Source: Bacteroidales bacterium (GTDB lineage Bacteria > Bacteroidota > Bacteroidia > Bacteroidales > UBA3824). Taken from it: a stretch of 64,000 nucleotides of DNA. This document shows positions 8,643-16,400 of this stretch, in pieces. The notes under the pieces are model-generated. The model was not told the origin of the DNA. It saw only the letters and a program-made list of their open reading frames with translations, and did no database searches. Location of the stretch: assembly GCA_045628165.1 (NCBI GenBank), contig JAZQPB010000228.1, positions 368 through 64,367 of the forward strand, in the 5' to 3' direction. The position numbers and the translations under genes are program-made. Positions within the stretch are counted from its first letter, which is position 1; each line of letters begins with the position of its first letter.

Positions 8643-9476
8643 TTATTTTATCTCGTTAATAAATTCTTTTACATTAGTCAAATTATATACCCTCGGTATA
8701 ATGTTGTATGCCTCTTGAAGTTTATTCTTTGCACCACGCCAGCCTATGCCGTCAGTTATCCATACAAATTCAAAACCTTCAACGCTGTTTATCTTTGGAG
8801 AAAGTTCTGAGTATGAACGTGCAACTTCGTTGAGTTTACTTCCGCCTGCGGTATAAAAGTTTACTTCAATGAGGTAAACTTTTTGGGCAGTTTCGATTAC
8901 AAAGTCGAATCGTTTTTCGTCCTCGCCTAAAACAGCATTTAAGGTTGGCCATTCTCTTGAATATACTTCTTGACGGAATTTAATGCCGTTTTCAGTAAGC
9001 AACTTTGCAACTGAGTTTTCCATCACATGTCCGCCTCGGTTTTTGCGAGCATTAGTGTCAAGGCCGGTTTCTATACCGAAAACATAATCAACCAAATCCT
9101 TTATCTTGCGTTCTCTGAACAAATCACCAAGTCCAGTACTTTCGACGAACTCAATTACTCCGTCAATACTATTGAACAGAGATTTTAGTTCAATGCACTG
9201 ATTCAATGAATTGAGAACCATTTTCTTGCCTTCGTCTCTTACGGCAATTAGAATCGGCATTACAGAGAAAGCCGACTTATCTCTGTTCCAAATTGTCTCA
9301 ACTGACTTTCTCAAATCAGTTGTTCCTATCAGACTATTAAGAATACAAAGACTTAATTTTATATCGTCAACGTTATTGCCTATCTTCTCAAAATCGCAGA
9401 AGAAATCAAGCGTCTGATTGGTTTCCTGCAATTGAGAGATAAATTCGTTGAATTGTTCTGTTGTATGTGCTGGCAT
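8643..9476 (-). CDS. Type II restriction endonuclease, DpnII/MboI family (predicted GATC)
   Basis: 277 aa. The N-terminus QTLDFFCDFEKIGNNV matches what I recall of DpnII-family openers. It sits between two methylase genes, as in the MboI operon. Confidence 0.7.
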   Translation of the reverse strand: MPAHTTEQFNEFISQLQETNQTLDFFCDFEKIGNNVDDIKLSLCILNSLIGTTDLRKSVETIWNRDKSAFSVMPILIAVRDEGKKMVLNSLNQCIELKSLFNSIDGVIEFVESTGLGDLFRERKIKDLVDYVFGIETGLDTNARKNRGGHVMENSVAKLLTENGIKFRQEVYSREWPTLNAVLGEDEKRFDFVIETAQKVYLIEVNFYTAGGSKLNEVARSYSELSPKINSVEGFEFVWITDGIGWRGAKNKLQEAYNIIPRVYNLTNVKEFINEIK

Positions 9477-9492
9477 TGTCGTATTATTTTTA

Positions 9493-9642
9493 GATTCTTC
9501 GCTTCGCTCAGAATGACATCGTAGATTGTGTGTGTTAGGGAGTTAGTCGGAGGAAGGAACCGGCGGAGCCGGTTCCTTCCTCCGACTAACTCCCCCACTC
9601 TGACAAACCTAACTGTCATTCTGAGCGAAGCGAAGAATCTCT
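9493..9642. repeat. Nested perfect palindrome occupying the methylase-endonuclease spacer
   Basis: The outer 27-bp stem agattcttcgcttcgctcagaatgaca (9493-9519) pairs with 9616-9642. The inner 26-bp stem gggagttagtcggaggaaggaaccgg (9539-9564) pairs with 9570-9595 around the 5-nt loop cggag. Confidence 0.85.
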
Positions 9643-9643
9643 A

Positions 9644-10540
9644 TTACAATATGTTACTTACCATTATTTCTGTCAACTTTCCACGTTTACTGGCATTTGC
9701 GTTTACCATTCTTGTGGCAATTACTCTATCGATTCTGAATTCGGAATACAAATCATCAAAGAAATTATCCTCTGGATTTTTACCCTTTAAATCAGAATTT
9801 GAGAGAATAAATTTTGCATTCGCGGCATCCAATTTTTTACAGAATTCCGCCAATCGGACTTGCTCGCTGTCATTGAATGCCTCTTTTGCATACGAGTTGA
9901 AACTTGAAGTTTCACTCAAAGGCTTATATGGAGGATCTATGTAAAACACTGAATTCTCACCTGCATATTTAAATGTTTCCTCAAAATCTCCATTCAGGAT
10001 TTCCACCTTTTGCAAAACCTTGCTATCAGCTAATATTGTTTCAGGGTCGCATATTTTTGGATTTGCATATCTTCCAAATGGAACATTATACAACCCCTTG
10101 CTGTTAACCCGATACAAACCATTGAAACAAGTTCTATTTATAAAAATGAACAAGGCTGAATTTTCGATATTATCCAAGGCTTTTGTATTGAATCTATCAC
10201 GCTTCGACAAGTAATAATCTTTACGTTTGTCATCATCGAGTGGAATGTATTCGTCTTGAATATTTTGCAGATAATCAATTAATTTCGAAGGATTGTCTTT
10301 AATAGTCTTGTAAACTATTGTCAAATCAGAATTTATATCATTGATAATCGCCTTTTCGATATTGTCATATTTTTGAAGGATATGCCAAAGCACAGCACCT
10401 CCACCCACGAATGGCTCAACGTAGGTAATGCTTTTAGTAGAAAAATCTTGTGGCAAGCGAGCCTCAACTTGCTCGATAAGTTGAGATTTTCCACCCACCC
10501 ATTTTACGAAAGGTTTTGCTTGTATATCTGATTTCGCCAT
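9644..10540 (-). CDS. Dam-family (alpha-class) N6-adenine DNA methyltransferase, DpnM / M.MboIA-like
   Basis: 298 aa. KPFVKWVGGKSQLI (motif I region), EPFVGGGAV, and FYIDPPYKP (motif IV). Confidence 0.88.
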   Translation of the reverse strand: MAKSDIQAKPFVKWVGGKSQLIEQVEARLPQDFSTKSITYVEPFVGGGAVLWHILQKYDNIEKAIINDINSDLTIVYKTIKDNPSKLIDYLQNIQDEYIPLDDDKRKDYYLSKRDRFNTKALDNIENSALFIFINRTCFNGLYRVNSKGLYNVPFGRYANPKICDPETILADSKVLQKVEILNGDFEETFKYAGENSVFYIDPPYKPLSETSSFNSYAKEAFNDSEQVRLAEFCKKLDAANAKFILSNSDLKGKNPEDNFFDDLYSEFRIDRVIATRMVNANASKRGKLTEIMVSNIL

Positions 10541-11034
10541 TTTTCTTTTAAAATGGCATAGAGCGGCACTTAATGTTTAGAAGGGTTCGGCAAAACCGCG
10601 ACGGCAATAAGCACCCAACTCTACACCTTATTTTTTTATAATGTGTAGAATTACAGTTGCTTATCATCCCGTCTGATTAAATTTTGCCGATTTATCTAAA
10701 GAGGATAATAACCTAAATTCTCAATGATTGTTTATTGTGATGACATAAAAAAAGCGCAAGCATCTGATAGAATGTTCACGCTGACTTGCGGTCCACCACG
10801 ACCTTATCCCCAACAGAACAACAGATACTCACGCGATATTGAAATACACATCCAAAGATATGCAAGAGGACCAAGCCTCCCGCATACCAAGGATGATGGT
10901 ATATCATACTCGTAAGCACCATGTTTGCTTGTTTGTGTAGGGATATTGAAAAGTGGTGGTTTCAAGTCAACATAAACAAAGCTTCAATGACGCTTTTAAA
11001 TATGTGTTTGTCATTGCTATTCGCAACGACTTTG

Positions 11035-11065
11035 CAAAGATATGAAAATGAAAATTCAGATCAAA
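11035..11065 (-). promoter_or_regulatory. Well-formed Bacteroidetes promoter (TTTG-N19-TATCTTTG) reading into the 0.5-kb non-coding spacer toward the RM operon
   Basis: On the plus strand, caaagata is at 11035-11042 and caaa at 11062-11065, with a 19-nt spacer. Confidence 0.5.
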
Positions 11066-11076
11066 ATATTTTCAAA

Positions 11077-11271
11077 TTAAATCGCCTCTTCTCTACAATT
11101 CACCTCTATCCTATTCCCGCTTACCATATAATAAACATCTGACTGTCTGCAACCTAATACTTCATAAACAAGCACGTCGAAATCATTGGAATACTTCTCA
11201 AAAGTTTCCGCTGAAAGGTTGAGGATTTCGATTTTTCCTGTGGAATAGTCGATGATTGCTAATTGTGGCAT
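11077..11271 (-). CDS. Small hypothetical protein (64 aa), third gene of the ATPase/DUF4435 operon
   Basis: Its ATG overlaps the upstream stop codon as TAATG (11269-11273), indicating translational coupling. The composition looks like a globular protein. No family recognised. Confidence 0.5.
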   Translation of the reverse strand: MPQLAIIDYSTGKIEILNLSAETFEKYSNDFDVLVYEVLGCRQSDVYYMVSGNRIEVNCREEAI

Positions 11272-12269
11272 TATCCCAAAATTCTATCTATCTGTTTGTT
11301 AATCTTATCCGCACCAGAAGTTCCTATATTGCAATCCGCAGCATGCAAAAGATTGTCTATCTGCTGGTCAAGTTTTATTTTGCCAGACATGAGAGTGGCT
11401 TCCTTGTATTGAACCTCACGGTCTTTTTTTCGGGAGAGTGTGTCGTCGCTTTCGTAAATCTTTTGGATCTCCTTGTGTCGTATGCTGTTGGCCATAGCCT
11501 CTAATGTACGTTTTACGAAACTGAAAACATCATGACCTCTATACAGCAAATAGTATTCGCTATCGGAGAATCCCATTTCCGAAAGTTTGTTTTCTATTTT
11601 GTTGAGACCTTCCACATTGCCTGCAATAAGAGCCTCACAAGATTTGTATTCGTCAACTATGGCTGTCTGGGTATTGACACTGATTGAGCCATCCAAATTC
11701 AGTTTAAGTTTTCCAATGAGAGAATTGAACTTCTGAATTGAATACTGGCTGTTGACATCCCAGCCGAAAAACAATGACAGCAGAAACAGCTTCGACAATG
11801 CCTTGGATATTTGGGCGAGAATGCTCTCGAAATCTATATTGGCATCACTTGACAACACCAACTGATTCAACACATTGCCTATTTTGGAAGAATGGCAAAA
11901 ATGATTCTCTATGGAATGGTAATATGTGGTAAGGATATAATTGCAAGCCTTGATTCTTGCGGAATACTTGCTTTCGATTATCTCGTCGAAATCGCTGTCA
12001 ACGCAAACAATCAGATTCTTACCCAAATGAGAGTCATTAATATGATCAAGGATTGCGCCCTTGCCGGGAGTTTCCTTTCCGTTGATATTGTATGGCGATA
12101 TCCTGAAATCGTATTTGGAATTGTATTTCGACAGGAAAGATTTCCAAAACTGAACATCCAGATAATCCTCCACCCAAACCTGCACAATCTCCCTTTTGCC
12201 CTTAGAGTTAAGTGCGTTTGTGCTCTCGAAGAAAACGGAACTAATTGAATCAATAAGACTTGTAGCCAT
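11271..12269 (-). CDS. DUF4435-like Toprim-domain protein (AriB-like putative nuclease)
   Basis: 332 aa. VQVWVEDYLDVQFW (Toprim Glu), LIVCVDSDFDEI (DxD), and TTYYHSIENHF (the conserved ...iEN motif of DUF4435). Confidence 0.65.
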   Translation of the reverse strand: MATSLIDSISSVFFESTNALNSKGKREIVQVWVEDYLDVQFWKSFLSKYNSKYDFRISPYNINGKETPGKGAILDHINDSHLGKNLIVCVDSDFDEIIESKYSARIKACNYILTTYYHSIENHFCHSSKIGNVLNQLVLSSDANIDFESILAQISKALSKLFLLSLFFGWDVNSQYSIQKFNSLIGKLKLNLDGSISVNTQTAIVDEYKSCEALIAGNVEGLNKIENKLSEMGFSDSEYYLLYRGHDVFSFVKRTLEAMANSIRHKEIQKIYESDDTLSRKKDREVQYKEATLMSGKIKLDQQIDNLLHAADCNIGTSGADKINKQIDRILG

Positions 12270-12275
12270 ATCCCA

Positions 12276-13292
12276 TTACTTTTTTACAGTTCTTACATCC
12301 TCAATATTCTGAACACAAGAAGCCCAACCATTCAAGATAATACTTGGCGCATGAGTCGCAATTATCAACTGACAATTTGGATTCAGGAGTTTAATCTTTT
12401 CAATCAAGATTCTCTGCCAATCGGTATGAAGCGAAATCTCAGGCTCGTCAAGAGTGAAAATAAACTCTCTCCGCTCCTGAAGCAACGCAGTAAGCATTAT
12501 CAAAAGAACCTGCTTTTCTCCAGAAGAAAGTTCTTTGTAAGTCAAGAGATTATCCTTATCACCATTCACCATAAATTTTGGTTCCTGATTGGTTAGCACA
12601 ATCTCTTTGTCAGTCTCCCTGAGGAAATCGTTCATTATAGAAACAAAGAGATTTCTCTGACTGTAAATTTCGTCGTATGTTGCTTTCGACAAGTTGTTCT
12701 CAGCAGCGGCCTTTCCTATCTTTTCTGCAAGACTTCCTATATAATAGGAATACCCTTCAAAAGTACCCTTCAAATCTTCATCAAGCGATGTAACCTCTTC
12801 TGTTCCATACGGAGACACAGTCTTTGAATCAAATGGATCTATAGAGTCCAAATATGTCCCATCCCAAAAATTATCTTTTTCAGGTTCGGAAAGTTGTCTA
12901 TCTCCTACCATAACATAAGAAAAAGACGCCGCTATATTAACATTATCCCATTTTTTGATATCTTTACCTACAAGTTGGTCATCTACAGACACTTTCAAAT
13001 TGCCGTATTGATTATTTCTTTCTGCATTCTTTTTGAGGCTGAGATAATCGTCATTGAAAGATTCATAATAAACAGTACCCTTGTCAGTATCAATAACAAT
13101 AGATTTTACCCTTTTCGCCAAATAATCAGGCAATATATGGTCAGAATGGAAAAACAAGTAAAATACAAACTCAAGTATTGTAGATTTTCCACATCCGTTA
13201 ATACCCGACAATACATTTACCGAATCATTGAGATTCAGGTTGATATCGTAGGTATTCCACAAGCCTTTTATCTGTATCGACTTAATCTTCAT
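12276..13292 (-). CDS. ABC/SMC-type ATPase (AAA_21/AAA_15-like; AriA-like)
   Basis: 338 aa. Walker A GINGCGKST, signature LSSGEKQ, Walker B FIFTLDEPE, H-loop IATHAP. Confidence 0.75.
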   Translation of the reverse strand: MKIKSIQIKGLWNTYDINLNLNDSVNVLSGINGCGKSTILEFVFYLFFHSDHILPDYLAKRVKSIVIDTDKGTVYYESFNDDYLSLKKNAERNNQYGNLKVSVDDQLVGKDIKKWDNVNIAASFSYVMVGDRQLSEPEKDNFWDGTYLDSIDPFDSKTVSPYGTEEVTSLDEDLKGTFEGYSYYIGSLAEKIGKAAAENNLSKATYDEIYSQRNLFVSIMNDFLRETDKEIVLTNQEPKFMVNGDKDNLLTYKELSSGEKQVLLIMLTALLQERREFIFTLDEPEISLHTDWQRILIEKIKLLNPNCQLIIATHAPSIILNGWASCVQNIEDVRTVKK

Positions 13293-13316
13293 AGCGCACG
13301 TTTATTAAATTCCACG

Positions 13317-13324
13317 CAAATATA
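13317..13324 (-). promoter_or_regulatory. -7 box TATATTTG for the ATPase/DUF4435 operon
   Basis: The plus strand reads caaatata, ~25 nt upstream of the ATG at 13292. Confidence 0.45.
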
Positions 13325-13358
13325 ACACTATTTTCCCTCTCCCACAAATCAAAAAAAA

Positions 13359-13366
13359 TAAATTTG
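13359..13366 (+). promoter_or_regulatory. -7 box TAAATTTG for the STAND-TPR gene (divergent from the previous promoter)
   Basis: taaatttg lies ~90 nt upstream of the ATG at 13457. Confidence 0.4.
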
Positions 13367-13456
13367 CATATCTCCTTCCTTATCACTATTTTTACATTGA
13401 AAACTACACGCATATACAAAACAAGTTAATCTATTATCAATCAGAGGAATACAGAT

Positions 13457-16400
13457 ATGGAGACATACGTAGGAAACGAGATGGAGCTCAGTATGCTGAA
13501 GTCGGCATACGGTGATTTGCAGTACGGAACCAGCACCGTGGCGCTGATATCAGGACCCAGGGGCTGCGGAAAATCTACTCTTGTGGCCAGGATGTTGGCC
13601 AAGGCCGGCATAGAGGGCGTGGAGCCTTTCTGCGGGAACGCCGATTCTATCAGCAACATCCTCAGCGACAACAGCTTGGCATGGATAGAGAATATCCACA
13701 CCCTGCCTTCCGATTATCTGAAGGCACTGCTTTCGGCCTGCCGCAATATCGGCAACTCCAACAAGCCGGCCATGATAATACTATCCTGCACCTCCATGAA
13801 CGACGGCGAGATAAACGCTCCGCTCATGACCTTCCTCTCGGAAATAAGAACAGGTCTCGGCAATGCCGAACTGCTTGATATCGAGATGAAAGCGCTGAAA
13901 CTCGCCGACGTGCACTTCCTGATCTCCAAGCTCTATCCCGAAAACGAATTCCACTCCAATTTCGCCAATCAGATCCACAAGGCATCAGCTGGCAATCCGC
14001 TCATGATACACAGCATCCTGGAGCGCATGGAGCAGGAGGGCAACCTCGCCAGGCAGGGAAACGGCAAGTGGCTGGCGGCCACCAACGAAGAGATAATCTC
14101 CGACATAAAATCGCAGATAGAGAGCGAATGGGAGAGCAAGCCAGCTGATGGGGAACTTACTACCAGCACGCCATCAGCTGAAAAAAAATACAACACAGCC
14201 GCAGAGATGGACAGCGCCATAGAGCCGCTCCATCAGCTGATGAAAACATACAAGATGGCACAGGCCCTCGAGATAGCCAATCCGCTGATGGAGACCGCCA
14301 TGGAACTCAGCAGCAACAGCCACATCCTAAAGGCCGCAATAGCCAAATGCAAGATACTCAATTTCTTCGGGCTTTACGACAAGGCCATATCATGCGCCGA
14401 TACCGCGATGCAGGCCACAGACAGCGGAAACAGCGAGAGCCGCGCAATGATCACCGCCCTCAAGGCCCAGGCCATAGGCTATCTGTCGAGATTCAAGGAA
14501 TCTTTCGCGATGTTCGACCTTGCGCTCAACATCGCCCTCGCCTGCCAGAGCCACAGCACCGCGGCGCAGATATATGCGCTCAAAATTCCGTTTCTGCTGG
14601 AATATCCGCTGCTCGACAAGGTGGTGGACGCATACGACCGCGGAATCAGGCACTGCACATCACCCGATTCAGAACGCACGATGTGGGAGCTCCGGCTCTA
14701 CAACCTCTATTACATGCGCTACGTATCGCAGATAGAGGAGGCCATGGCGGAGAGCGAGCAGGTGCTCAGGTATTTCCGCGAGGAGGGCGACGCAAAATTC
14801 GAGGCCCGCACGCTTAATGTGATAGGACTGCTCTACACATCTAAATGCAACTTCGACAAGGCCGGCGAATATTTCACCATGGCCCTCCAGAGGCAAAACT
14901 CCATAAACGACAAGGTGGGCCTGATAGGAATACTCAACAACATGGGCCACCTGAATTTCGACACCGGCAACTATCAGGAATCCATCAGCTACTTCGATCA
15001 GTCGTTCGCGATATCGAGCTCCATAGGCAGCAGGAGCCTGATGCTGGTATCATATACCGGCAAGGGATCGGCATACATATACCTGGGGCAGAACGCCGAG
15101 GCCGAGCAGTGCATGCTGAAGGCCAGGGAGATAGCTGATGGCATGGAAAACAGATCGAGCATGGCATACGTGATATCGGCCCTGGGCGACCTCTACAGCC
15201 ACACCGGCGAAAACGACAAGGCGCTGGAGGTATACATGCAGGCCCTGGAGATAGACCGCGAGCTCGGCGACATGCCGTCGGTGGTGTGCGACCTCACCAA
15301 CATAGCCAACGTATACATAACCACGCGCGACGTGGACAACGGCATCAAGTATCTGGAAAGCATCAAGGACGAGATGCCCGACTACGACAACAATGTGGGT
15401 GTGCACGCCGCCATAGAGAACACTTTCGGAAACATATACTCGGAGAAGGGCGACTCCGACAAGGCCATGGAGCACTACAACGCCGCGCTCGAGATAAACC
15501 TGAAATGCGGCGACCACATCTGCACCAGCCTCAACTACTACAACATAGGCCTGCTGCATATCGACAACAACGACTGGGACAAGGCCGTGGAGTGTTTTGA
15601 GAACGCCGTAAAATACGACCGCCTCTCAGGCGACAAGATGCAGCTCGCACAGCACCTGCAGAGGCTGGCCTACTGCAACCGAATGATAGACGAGCCGCAG
15701 AAGAGCCAGCAGCAGAACATGGAGGCCGTATCGCTGTTCAGGAAGCTGAACCTGATGGACGACTGCGCAATATCGCTCCGCGCCGCCGGCGACGACGCAC
15801 GTGTAATGCAGATATTCCCAAATGCCGAAAAACTACTGCTGGAATCAGCTGAAATACTCAACGAGACCCGCAACTATCTGGAGCTGGCCGACACATACTC
15901 CACCATAGGAGTGATGTACACCGAGCTCAAGAAGATGAAGAAAGCTGAAACGTATTTCCGCATGGCCCTCGATCTCCACACCCAGCACAACATAGGCAAC
16001 TACGAACGCTATTCAAAGATAGCGCAGAGCATGGCGTGGATGTATTCGCAGGCCGGCAAAAACGACAAGGCCGTGGAGGTTTTCCTCGAGATGCGCAAAA
16101 ACAGCTCCAGCGAATATTATCTGGAGACCACGCTCATAATAGCCAAGATACTGGACGAGATGAAAAACGAGGACGCCGAGATCTATTACCGCGAGGCTGC
16201 GGAACTGGCCCTCAAGCAGGACGACCTTCAGCTGAAAACAGAAATATTGGGCGAGGCCGGCGAATACCTGGCCGAAAACGGAAAGCCCGAGCAGGGCATC
16301 CTGATGATAAACGAAGCCATAGAAATGCTCGACGAGGCCGACGACAAGCTCGCGAAGGCCCACATGACCGTGACCCTGGCCGACGCCTACGAGGCCGACG

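Noticed and set aside
9380-9944. 79-aa and 138-aa ORFs across the M-R spacer
   Set aside because: Both are mirror translations of the nested palindrome (the same VGGRNR..RFLPPTNS peptide on both strands). This is an artefact of the inverted repeat.
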